Of a stretch of DNA of 52,615 bases, positions 1 to 8,057 are shown one piece after another. Position 1 is the stretch's first letter; each line of letters opens with the position of its first letter. A model generated the notes under the pieces. The model was not told the origin of the DNA, did not search any database, and was given only the letters and a program-made list of their open reading frames with translations. Origin of the DNA: Escherichia phage vB_EcoP_Bp7; the sequence record NC_079181.1. One strand, given 5' to 3'. Made by a program: the position numbers and the translations under genes.

Positions 1-1941
1 ATGACTACTATCACCACTCAAACTATCAAATCCGTTGTTCCTGCTATCACTGCTCTGGTATATCGTGCCAAAGAGAAACAGAACTATATGCAGCCTCAGA
101 CTTGTGCTATTGCTGCCTTAGCCATCTTCAAGATGATGACGTCTTTCACTCGTGATGACGTTGTTCCTGCCATCGCGATGGTTGAGCTGGCTTCTGCTTC
201 TATTGCTGATGCCAACCGTTATAACAACGATTTGAAAGCAATGCACTATGTTGACCCAGCTATCAACCTGATTGGTTTGGCTAAGCACTTTGGCTTCATC
301 ACCATGAACGAAGACAAGTCATTCCAACAAACTGATACATGGGTTGAACTGGTTACAACCAAAGACACAGCAGTGCCATTCACTGAGCGTGTTACATCTG
401 AATCTCGTCGCAAGCCTTTCGTTAAAGGTGGCAAAGTTAAGCCATCCAAAACTCTGAAAGCTGCAATCGAATTCCTGCAAGATACTGAGTACCATGTGGA
501 GACTGAGATGGTTCGCATCATCCAGTCCATGCTTGAACAACGTACCTACGGTGGTTTGCAGATGCCAGAAGCAATCCAGACTGAACTCCATGTTTGGAAC
601 AATGCTGTAGCAATGATGAATCAGGACACACTGTATTCTGATTACTTTGCTGATAACCGTGGTCGTCTGTATCACGTAGCATGTGCTGGTCCTAACCCAC
701 AATCATCTGACTTTGCTCGTTGCTTGTATTCTCACAATGTTGAGAACATCGTTAAGAAGTTTAACGAAGATGGTTCTACTACCATTGCATACAACATGTT
801 CATGGCAGAGCTGGAAGATATTTCTGGTGGTGAATGGTGCAGTGCTAAGCGTTTAACTTATGTTGCTCAGAATCCAGCTGGTTCACTTGCTCGCATGATG
901 AACATGCCTAAAGCTGAACGTCCTTCTAAGCCATTCACTTATGTTCGTCTGGCTCTGGATTGGTTCAAGTTTGAGACTACAGGTGAGTGCGATTCTCGTG
1001 TAGGCTTTGGCTTAGATGCTAAATGTTCTGGTACTCAATATCTGGCATTCATTGCTGGTAACATGGAAATGGCTCGTGCAACAGGTCTGGTTGATTCTGA
1101 GACTAAAGCATCTGACCCATACCAGTTGAGTCTTCGTGAACTGTTGAAGCTGCTGGACAAGTCTTCAATGAAGCCATCTCCTGAAATCATGGATGAATTC
1201 TTGAATCCGAAAGCTGGTCGTAAGTTTATCAAAACTCCGTACATGGCTATCCAATACGGTGGTGGTAAAGCTGCACTAACTGGTTCATCTGACTTCATCA
1301 GCTACATGACAGAAGCACTCCAGATTCCTATGGAGAAAGCAGAAGCATTTGCTGAACTGTGTGTGGAAGCAATCCATAACGCATTGGGTGCTAAGATTAA
1401 CATGTTCATTGAGAAAGCTGCTGAAGCTGCATACAACCGTTGTGTTGAACTTGGTAAAGAGTACATCACATATCGTCACACTGATGGTCAGGTTGTAATG
1501 AAGCCTTGCTTCCCATCTCGTGAAATCTGTGAGGCATTCAGCATTCGTGTTGATAGTCAAACTCGTGTTATCTTTGGTCAGATTCAGGAGAATAAGCCTT
1601 GGACCATTCGTGAATCCAATCCAACTAAAGAAGAATTCAAGCGTACTTTCGTTGTTAACTACATTCAGGGCATTGATGCACTTGTTGCTCGTACTGTTGC
1701 AGTTAAAGCTAAAGAAGCTGGTCTTCGTGGCTTCACTTCAATCCATGATTGTTTCCGTTGCTGTTTGGCAGACGCTCCACGTATGATGGAAGTTATTCGT
1801 GCAGCATATGTTGAAATCTTCGTAACCAACAATCAGTTCGAGAATCTGTCTAAGCAACTCGGTGGCATTCAGATGTATCATGAGAACATCGTAACTGAAG
1901 AGCTTCTGATGAGCGAACACGCTTACTACTTCTGTCAATAA
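1..1941 (+). CDS. T7-like single-subunit DNA-dependent RNA polymerase, compact (646 aa)
   Basis: Palm motifs in translation: motif A GFGLDAKCSGTQYLAF, motif B RKFIKTPYMAIQYGGGK, motif C SIHDCF. ATG at base 1; a GGAG lies 8 nt upstream across the window junction (52604-52607) if the sequence is circularly contiguous. Confidence 0.9.
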   Translation: MTTITTQTIKSVVPAITALVYRAKEKQNYMQPQTCAIAALAIFKMMTSFTRDDVVPAIAMVELASASIADANRYNNDLKAMHYVDPAINLIGLAKHFGFITMNEDKSFQQTDTWVELVTTKDTAVPFTERVTSESRRKPFVKGGKVKPSKTLKAAIEFLQDTEYHVETEMVRIIQSMLEQRTYGGLQMPEAIQTELHVWNNAVAMMNQDTLYSDYFADNRGRLYHVACAGPNPQSSDFARCLYSHNVENIVKKFNEDGSTTIAYNMFMAELEDISGGEWCSAKRLTYVAQNPAGSLARMMNMPKAERPSKPFTYVRLALDWFKFETTGECDSRVGFGLDAKCSGTQYLAFIAGNMEMARATGLVDSETKASDPYQLSLRELLKLLDKSSMKPSPEIMDEFLNPKAGRKFIKTPYMAIQYGGGKAALTGSSDFISYMTEALQIPMEKAEAFAELCVEAIHNALGAKINMFIEKAAEAAYNRCVELGKEYITYRHTDGQVVMKPCFPSREICEAFSIRVDSQTRVIFGQIQENKPWTIRESNPTKEEFKRTFVVNYIQGIDALVARTVAVKAKEAGLRGFTSIHDCFRCCLADAPRMMEVIRAAYVEIFVTNNQFENLSKQLGGIQMYHENIVTEELLMSEHAYYFCQ

Positions 1942-1990
1942 TCAGTAACACTAATTGGGTCAAGGATGACCACAAACTTGGAGACTTATA

Positions 1991-2191
1991 ATGAATACCA
2001 TGCAAATCAATCAAATCGAAAACTGTTTCAATCCTCATCACACCTGTGACATGAGCAACTTATCTCGTCCTACAGTGGAGGAGACTAAAGACTTCTTAGA
2101 ATTGTTAGCAGAATATAAGCAAGAATCGCATGTATTATTGCACGCATATTTGCACAATTCTGGATACTTTGATACAGAGATACCGTTCTGA
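1991..2191 (+). CDS. hypothetical protein (66 aa)
   Basis: ORF with GGAG 7 nt upstream; its initiation region cttggagacttataATG nearly repeats the one at the RNAP junction. Confidence 0.5.
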   Translation: MNTMQINQIENCFNPHHTCDMSNLSRPTVEETKDFLELLAEYKQESHVLLHAYLHNSGYFDTEIPF

Positions 2192-2196
2192 TACTT

Positions 2197-2222
2197 GGGA
2201 GCTTCGGCTCCCTTTTCTTATT
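2197..2222 (+). terminator. intrinsic terminator after the RNAP operon
   Basis: GGGAGC-TTCG-GCTCCC hairpin followed by TTTTCTTATTT. Confidence 0.8.
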
Positions 2223-2266
2223 TCAATTAATTTAAGAGCTGTCTTCAATATCGTCACACAACTCTT

Positions 2267-2285
2267 ACATTAGTTGGATGTGAAG
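2267..2285 (+). promoter_or_regulatory. phage promoter-like motif P1 (acattagttggatgtgaag)
   Basis: Member of a conserved motif family seen at 10 sites; no sigma70 -10/-35 pattern. Confidence 0.55.
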
Positions 2286-2299
2286 TAAAAGAATACGGA

Positions 2300-3135
2300 G
2301 AAATATTCCGCATGTCATGTTGAATCATTCTAGAAACATTCAGCATGTCAGCTTTGAGTTACAGTGTTGTAATGATGTGGCAATCATTGAACTCCCTAGG
2401 TAGGCCACCTACAGTTCCAGCAACCATGACTTAGAGTAGGAATATCTATCCGAAACTTGTACTTCACCTATAGCATGTTCAATTGCGACAATATTGCTCC
2501 ATCTCCTATTATAAAGGCCCACCCACAAGCCGGGAGATAACTTTGGTAATATTGGAACTTTTGGACATGCTTCTTTCTTTCTACAAGAATTCGAAAGAAG
2601 AGAAGAAGTCGGACAAAGCATCTCGTTTGCACGCAGAAGCCGCCCCGATTTTGAGCAACAAATATTGTGACAATTGCGTCGCAGTATGGCATGTAAATAT
2701 TGCTACAAATTGGCATGTTGGAATGTGGCAGAATTGTTAGAGGACTAATCACCTCGAAGATACAATCGTCTACCAATCTGGCATGTTAATTTTGTAACAG
2801 TATTTGTGCCAATTTCGCATGTAGTATTTAACCCAATATTCTTGCAACCCGCATGAATACTGGCTTCCAGCCAAGCGAAGGCTTTATCATCGCATGTAAT
2901 ATTGTGACAATATTGGGATAAAACCCTTTATTTAAATCATTTAGTTTATTAATTAAATGGTCGGTTTTCTGTACATAGGTATTCAGCTGTTTGTGCCAAA
3001 TACAAACAAGTTGGCTGCTTCTACAGAACTCCAGTGCTATAAATGTTCGTGCCAATCTGCTGCAATTTATCTCATTTGGCGGGGTAATATTGTATTAGAT
3101 TGGCATGTCATTCTTTCGATTAGTTGCATGTGAAT
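2300..3135. repeat. non-coding array of degenerate repeats (core GCATGT about 12 times, palindrome CAATATTG about 5 times) with an AT-rich stretch
   Basis: Read directly, e.g. tggcatgtaaat, tggcatgttgg, tggcatgttaat, tcgcatgtagta, tcgcatgtaat, tggcatgtcatt, ttgcatgtgaat; AT-rich 2925-2990; no credible ORF. Confidence 0.6.
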
Positions 3136-3316
3136 AAGACCAAATCTCTGTAAATTCTGTGACAGATTTTAGAGAGATTATGTCTCCAAGCTAATCATTG
3201 CAGTTCTTCGGCACTTGCTGTGTCACATACTCCCTACAACTTTAAGGTGGATTGAGGTAAGACAAGACCTCCACAATCGTTCTGTAGGGAGTTTTCTTTT
3301 AACTTAGGAGAATAAA

Positions 3317-3535
3317 ATGACTCGTTTTAAAGATTTGGAAGATGGTGCAATCTTCTTTACGCGTGGTGGAGAACATCTGCAAAAAGTTCTGGAAGATGAC
3401 GTTAATGTAAATGCCGTATTCGTTGGTGATTCTAACATTGGTGTTTTATTAAATGACAATGAGAGAACTTTTACCGAGGAGGAGTTTAAAGAAATCTCAG
3501 CCTCTGATTTAGTTCAAGAGCCAATTGAAGTTTAA
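3317..3535 (+). CDS. hypothetical protein (72 aa)
   Basis: ORF with AGGAG 6 nt upstream. Confidence 0.55.
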   Translation: MTRFKDLEDGAIFFTRGGEHLQKVLEDDVNVNAVFVGDSNIGVLLNDNERTFTEEEFKEISASDLVQEPIEV

Positions 3536-3550
3536 TACATAGGAGTAAAC

Positions 3551-3739
3551 ATGGACTTCATCGTCTACTTTAAGTTAAATGGTGTGGAGCAAAGATTGTA
3601 TTTCAATTCTTTACTTCGTTTGCAACAGTGGGCGGAGAAGTTTATTGGTTACGACTTTGAATACATCAACGCATGTACACCTGACGAACATGAGGAAATC
3701 GTGTTCAGTGGATTAAATCAGATTCTGGAGGCTAAGTGA
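3551..3739 (+). CDS. hypothetical protein (62 aa)
   Basis: ORF with AGGAG 5 nt upstream. Confidence 0.55.
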   Translation: MDFIVYFKLNGVEQRLYFNSLLRLQQWAEKFIGYDFEYINACTPDEHEEIVFSGLNQILEAK

Positions 3740-3930
3740 AGAGCAAATATGAAAATATATTGCTAAAGTCTTCAGTGGGAGTGTTGTATGTGTGCACTCC
3801 CGAATACAAATTTGCAGCAATGTACCTCACAAAGTTGAGAGGTTGGATTCCAGTAAATGTGAAAGTGAGTGTGCTGAAAGAATGTGCACTCATTGGTCGA
3901 AATCTGCAATCAAAGGTGGGTTGGGTATGA
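3736..3930 (+). CDS. hypothetical protein (64 aa, GTG start)
   Basis: GTG overlapping the upstream stop (GTGA), GGAGG 5 nt upstream. Confidence 0.4.
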   Translation: MKSKYENILLKSSVGVLYVCTPEYKFAAMYLTKLRGWIPVNVKVSVLKECALIGRNLQSKVGWV

Positions 3931-4193
3931 GTCAGTTTAAGTTAAAAGCAGATTTAATCGAATTGGCCTCTTATGAAGAAAAGATTGAATTCATCCAAGA
4001 GCGTTTGGTTGTCAACTACGGTGGTTGGATTGATGTTTCAACAAATGAGTTAGTGGTTCGTATCAAGGAGGAGTTTGGTATTGAAATCACTAACAAACAG
4101 TTTTATGAAGATGTTCTCACAGATAAAGTAATCCGAGGCATCACAAACAATTTCATGTCCAGCTTTATGGAAGGTGGGCCACACTTAAAATGA
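3927..4193 (+). CDS. hypothetical protein (88 aa)
   Basis: Internal ATG of the 3792..4193 ORF with AGGTGG upstream; ATGA overlap with the preceding gene. Confidence 0.5.
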   Translation: MSQFKLKADLIELASYEEKIEFIQERLVVNYGGWIDVSTNELVVRIKEEFGIEITNKQFYEDVLTDKVIRGITNNFMSSFMEGGPHLK

Positions 4194-4354
4194 AGAAATT
4201 AAAATATATGACCAAAACGGTCACGTATATGGCTATGTATGGTGCTTCAAAGCGTAAGGCTAAGAAATTGGCAAGAGCTGCAAATCCTCGTATGCCAGCA
4301 CGTAAGGTGGCCAAAATCGTTAATCTGGTATTTGGCAATTGGAGTGTTAAATGA
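4190..4354 (+). CDS. small basic protein (54 aa)
   Basis: Hand-translated; ATGA overlap with the upstream gene; K/R-rich. Below the ORF track cutoff. Confidence 0.4.
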   Translation: MKKLKYMTKTVTYMAMYGASKRKAKKLARAANPRMPARKVAKIVNLVFGNWSVK

Positions 4355-4518
4355 GCAAGATTCTAGAGTCAGCAATGTACAGCCTACATTTCGGATTTAG
4401 CTACGCTACAGTAAAGCGTCAGGAGAAACGATTTTCCCGACTACCTGCGCGAACTGTTGCCAAAGAAGTTAAGAAAGCGGGCGAAATCCTAAAGTTCTGT
4501 AGAAACGTGTTGTATTAA
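4351..4518 (+). CDS. hypothetical protein (55 aa)
   Basis: Hand-translated; GGAG 6 nt upstream; ATGA overlap. Confidence 0.4.
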   Translation: MSKILESAMYSLHFGFSYATVKRQEKRFSRLPARTVAKEVKKAGEILKFCRNVLY

Positions 4519-4531
4519 TTCCGGAGGCAAA

Positions 4532-4705
4532 ATGAACGACCAGCAATTCAACACATTCATGCAGCAGATTAATCATCAAGAACTGATGGATGCCATCAAA
4601 GGCAAGAAGCCTGTAGAACGTCGATATCGCAAAATTGATAATTATATGCCAACAATCATTGCATGTGTTGGATTCCTGATTGCTCTCTACTTCCTGGTGA
4701 AATAA
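4532..4705 (+). CDS. small tail-anchored membrane protein (57 aa)
   Basis: Hand-translated; GGAGG upstream; C-terminal hydrophobic segment TIIACVGFLIALYFLVK. Confidence 0.45.
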   Translation: MNDQQFNTFMQQINHQELMDAIKGKKPVERRYRKIDNYMPTIIACVGFLIALYFLVK

Positions 4706-4785
4706 TGTCTATTATCAAGAAATTAGTATTCTGTGCTTTAATGTTCCCTTTGGTGCTGCTCGTTGTGGGCAGCTTCATAATCTAA
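4705..4785 (+). CDS. 26-aa hydrophobic peptide (speculative)
   Basis: Hand-translated MSIIKKLVFCALMFPLVLLVVGSFII; TAATG overlap with the upstream gene. Confidence 0.25.
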   Translation: MSIIKKLVFCALMFPLVLLVVGSFII

Positions 4786-4799
4786 ACTAAGGTAATTAA

Positions 4800-5108
4800 A
4801 TGGCTTCTTTACTCGAATTCTCAAATATTGCAAATGTTGCTAAGAATTCAATTCCTGCAAATACTGATGTAATTGCATATATGCGTGTTGATGTGAGTCT
4901 GTTGGCTTTTGTAATGGACCACATCAATCTTGTTGAAGAGCAGTTGTCTCAGGCTAATGAAACAATTGACACTCTTCGTAAACTTCGTGAGGCAGAACAA
5001 AACGCCTACGATGAATTGATGGAGCAGAAGAACAAGCTCCAAGAACAACTGGCAGACGCACTTCAACAAATTGAAGACATGAAGCCACCAGCAGAATCAA
5101 CCAAATAA
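4800..5108 (+). CDS. hypothetical coiled-coil protein (102 aa)
   Basis: ORF with AAGG-type SD; heptad-like C-terminal half. Confidence 0.55.
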   Translation: MASLLEFSNIANVAKNSIPANTDVIAYMRVDVSLLAFVMDHINLVEEQLSQANETIDTLRKLREAEQNAYDELMEQKNKLQEQLADALQQIEDMKPPAESTK

Positions 5109-5126
5109 TCAAACTTAGGAGTTATT

Positions 5127-5387
5127 ATGGCTACTAGAACAGGCATGATGATTGTCCCAAGCCGTAATAACTCTTTAAGCGGCTTTACACCATATAAAAT
5201 CTACGAAGTGATTTCTGGCACTGGTGAAGCAAACCTGTCAGAAGTTGCTTTGAAGTTGGGCCGTATGGTCCACTCCGAAATCTCCTGTAACGTAGTTGAT
5301 GATGAAGGTAAAATCCGTTTTGTAACAATGGATTTCTTTCGTGAATTTAACCTCAAATCTGAATTAGGAGTTCTGTACCATGAATGA
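5127..5387 (+). CDS. hypothetical protein (86 aa)
   Basis: ORF with AGGAG upstream. Confidence 0.55.
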   Translation: MATRTGMMIVPSRNNSLSGFTPYKIYEVISGTGEANLSEVALKLGRMVHSEISCNVVDDEGKIRFVTMDFFREFNLKSELGVLYHE

Positions 5388-5562
5388 GGATGATGTTGTC
5401 TGCCCAAAGTGTGGCAGCAATAACATAGACCATGTAGCATACGAAGCAGTGGGAATGTACGGTCCCGTAGTTCTGGACAGCGCATTCTGTGTAGACTGTG
5501 GTTTAAACATTTATCGTGGAAAACTTATAGACAATAGTGGGAATATCCCGCCAAAAGGATAA
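5380..5562 (+). CDS. zinc-ribbon protein (60 aa)
   Basis: CPKCGS...CVDCG pair of CxxC motifs. Confidence 0.5.
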   Translation: MNEDDVVCPKCGSNNIDHVAYEAVGMYGPVVLDSAFCVDCGLNIYRGKLIDNSGNIPPKG

Positions 5563-5564
5563 TC

Positions 5565-5792
5565 ATGAAATTTAAATGTGTTGCTTCAACCAAAGATTAT
5601 GTTCCAGTTGGCTTCATCGTTGAGGGTGAAGCTATCTCACCTTTGGAATTTAAAGTGACTAAATCTGCTGAGAATGTTTCTCCAGCATTTCGTAAAGGTG
5701 CTGTAGTTCCTATGAATGGTGCATTCTGGACATGGCAGCGTGACCATGAAGCAGAATTTGCAGATATTTGTGAACAAGGTTTATTGCAATGA
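5565..5792 (+). CDS. hypothetical protein, paralog A (75 aa)
   Basis: Starts MKFKCVASTKDY; shares N-terminal KFKCV.ST and a W.W motif with the next gene. Confidence 0.5.
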   Translation: MKFKCVASTKDYVPVGFIVEGEAISPLEFKVTKSAENVSPAFRKGAVVPMNGAFWTWQRDHEAEFADICEQGLLQ

Positions 5793-5995
5793 CAAAGTTT
5801 AAATGTGTGAAATCAACCTCTTCTTCCAAACATTCTCCGAAAGTTGGAGATGTGATTGAAGGAGAACTTGTCGGCAATTTAATAGTTATTTCGGGCATTG
5901 GCGACCGAACGTACGCAAACGGAAGGCCATACTGGAGAATTGGTGAAAAAGTTCCGTTAAAAGGCAGTATCTGGTCCTGGGAAGAAGTTAAATAA
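5789..5995 (+). CDS. hypothetical protein, paralog B (68 aa)
   Basis: Starts MTKFKCVKSTSS; tandem paralog of 5565..5792. Confidence 0.5.
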   Translation: MTKFKCVKSTSSSKHSPKVGDVIEGELVGNLIVISGIGDRTYANGRPYWRIGEKVPLKGSIWSWEEVK

Positions 5996-6058
5996 TTTCC
6001 TCAACCACTTTTGTAATGAGAGTGGTTGCTGAATATTATTAATTAACTTGGAGCATTT

Positions 6059-6349
6059 ATGAAACAACGTACTCGTTTACAACGTGACCCAGCCACAGGT
6101 CGCTTGTTGCCAGCATACTTAAAAGTTGGTGACTTAGTTTACACTCGTGACTTTGCTTTTGACATTTGCCCAAGCAAAGCATATGAAGTTCTTGCCACCA
6201 GCTTGTCTGGTCCTAAAGTGATATTCGGTGCACTTGAGCCAATTCAATTAACCGGAACTCAGTTTGTCATTAAAGACGAATCTGGTTGCAATCGTATCTT
6301 CAATCTCGAAGGTGGATTATCCAAATGGGAGAAGGTGAAGCGTGGGTAA
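6059..6349 (+). CDS. hypothetical protein (96 aa)
   Basis: ORF with GGAG upstream; preceded by an 8-bp stem hairpin at 6002-6028. Confidence 0.5.
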   Translation: MKQRTRLQRDPATGRLLPAYLKVGDLVYTRDFAFDICPSKAYEVLATSLSGPKVIFGALEPIQLTGTQFVIKDESGCNRIFNLEGGLSKWEKVKRG

Positions 6350-6575
6350 GAATTATATCGAAATGTTTAAGCAACTGTCCATCAATGGGCAGGAGTTCTT
6401 GCTAAACGATGCAAGGCAAGATATTGAGCTGTCTGATAAATACAGCTCATCATATCAGAGAACTATTGTAAAATGGACGTTCTCTTACATATCTTACAAT
6501 CTTCCAGGAGAAACGCTTGTAATTAGTGGTTCTGGCGACTCCGTATTATCCGCTTTGGAGAAACTAAAGCAATGA
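6342..6575 (+). CDS. hypothetical protein (77 aa)
   Basis: ORF overlapping the upstream gene end. Confidence 0.45.
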   Translation: MGKNYIEMFKQLSINGQEFLLNDARQDIELSDKYSSSYQRTIVKWTFSYISYNLPGETLVISGSGDSVLSALEKLKQ

Positions 6576-6859
6576 ACAAGAATTCAATCTTACGTTATGT
6601 TGGTAAAACAAATTACAGCTTTACCTACGGTAAGAAGTACAAAATCGTCGCAGGTCGTGGTGACGGGGTTCCTCGCAACAACGGTACACTCGGTGCGTAT
6701 ATTCAATCTCCTTTGGGTTTTGTCGTTAATGATGATAACCGCAATTTATGTTATCGTACATTCTCCGATAATTGGGAACTTGTAAAAGATTCTGGTGAAG
6801 TTAGTTGGTATAAACCTGAATCAAACATGGACCCAATTCCAATTTCAAAGGTGATGTAA
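6572..6859 (+). CDS. hypothetical protein (95 aa)
   Basis: ORF with ATGA overlap to the previous gene. Confidence 0.5.
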   Translation: MNKNSILRYVGKTNYSFTYGKKYKIVAGRGDGVPRNNGTLGAYIQSPLGFVVNDDNRNLCYRTFSDNWELVKDSGEVSWYKPESNMDPIPISKVM

Positions 6860-7059
6860 TGCTTGTAAATACACACCTATTCAGTCACAACAGTTTTGCA
6901 ACAGAGAACATTGATGCAGGTTGGACACTTTGGTTTGTGGAAGCTCGTGGTAATCCGTATTGGGATAATGTTCAATCTATGCGCTTTCCAGTGAAGCCAA
7001 CCAAAAAGCAAATACGCAAATTGCGTAGAAAGTTCATAAACGATTGCAAGTCCTGTTAA
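6859..7059 (+). CDS. hypothetical protein (66 aa)
   Basis: ORF overlapping the stop of the previous gene. Confidence 0.45.
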   Translation: MLVNTHLFSHNSFATENIDAGWTLWFVEARGNPYWDNVQSMRFPVKPTKKQIRKLRRKFINDCKSC

Positions 7060-7101
7060 ATTAACAATGGGCATCTCTTGCAGGTGTCCATGATTAATCT
7101 A

Positions 7102-7120
7102 ACATTAGTTGATTGTGAAT
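7102..7120 (+). promoter_or_regulatory. phage promoter-like motif P2 (acattagttgattgtgaat)
   Basis: Part of a ~65-bp intergenic module (7055-7120) duplicated at 7446-7509. Confidence 0.55.
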
Positions 7121-7138
7121 AATAATTGGAGAATAAAG

Positions 7139-7450
7139 ATGGCAAAAGTTCTGAACTATTCGAAAGTTAAAGGTGTTCACAACAACGCAGTGTATATCGG
7201 TCGAGATATGAAGGGAATTGCTGGAAACAAGAAATTCCACAATCCTTTTAAAATGTTTAAAGAAAGCCAGAGAGACTACGTGTGCGAAGAGTATCGCAAA
7301 TATTTGTGGAAACAAATTAAATCTGGTGAAGTAACAATAGATGATTTGCTGGCATTAGATGGCAAAGATTTAGTTTGTTGGTGTGCCCCAGCACGCTGTC
7401 ATGGCGATACAATAATGGCCGCAATAGAGTGGGCGAAGAAGCAACGTTAA
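7139..7450 (+). CDS. conserved phage protein, possibly DUF4326-like (103 aa)
   Basis: ATG at 7139 with GGAG 7 nt upstream; C-terminal LVCWCAPARCHGD motif. Family assignment is from memory, not a search. Confidence 0.5.
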   Translation: MAKVLNYSKVKGVHNNAVYIGRDMKGIAGNKKFHNPFKMFKESQRDYVCEEYRKYLWKQIKSGEVTIDDLLALDGKDLVCWCAPARCHGDTIMAAIEWAKKQR

Positions 7451-7490
7451 ATTAACAAGGAGCATTCATTGAGTGTTCCTGATTAATCTA

Positions 7491-7509
7491 ACATTAGTTG
7501 GATTTGAAG
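7491..7509 (+). promoter_or_regulatory. phage promoter-like motif P3 (acattagttggatttgaag)
   Basis: Conserved motif about 75 bp upstream of the 7583 gene. Confidence 0.55.
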
Positions 7510-7582
7510 AGGGACAAAGCTATTCCGTGGTTAGCAATGTCACTGAAACTTAAACTGTAATTAACTTAAGAGAATCTTAATC

Positions 7583-7960
7583 ATGGCACAATATTCAGAT
7601 GTAAACACTGGCATCATCGGTCCTAACGGCTTCAAGAAAGACCCAAAACATCCCGACATTCGTGGGCGTATTAACGTTGACGGAATCTGGTATTGGGTAT
7701 CTGGTTGGAACAAGCAAGCAAATGGTAATGAGTTTACCTCACTTGCATTAACCATCATGACTCAGGAACAGGTTGATGAAATGATGCGTAAGCGTGAGGA
7801 GAAAGCTAAAGCCAAAGCTCAACCTCAAGCTGCCGCTCAACAGCAACAGCAACGTCAACAGCCGACTCAGCAGCAACAAACTCAGGCACAACAGCCTCAG
7901 GGAAATTCTGCATACAACCCAAATGAGCCGAAAGACTTCGACGACGACATTCCGTTCTAA
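7583..7960 (+). CDS. small protein with Q-rich linker and SSB-type acidic C-terminal tail (125 aa)
   Basis: C-terminus ...DFDDDIPF matches the E. coli SSB tail; ~70-aa N-terminal domain then a QQQQ-rich linker. Confidence 0.6.
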   Translation: MAQYSDVNTGIIGPNGFKKDPKHPDIRGRINVDGIWYWVSGWNKQANGNEFTSLALTIMTQEQVDEMMRKREEKAKAKAQPQAAAQQQQQRQQPTQQQQTQAQQPQGNSAYNPNEPKDFDDDIPF

Positions 7961-8057
7961 TGGAGATGCCCTATGAAAATTTTATGTTTTATAGGGCTAC
8001 ATAATTGGGAAATTTCACACGAAAACGATTATGTAACCATTTGGGTGTGCAAACACT

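Noticed and set aside
2300-3135. Possible CRISPR array or sigma54-type promoters in the GCATGT repeat array
   Set aside because: Repeats are short, degenerate and irregularly spaced (not CRISPR); TGGCAT boxes lack a consistently spaced -12 GC element, so sigma54 promoters are not supported.
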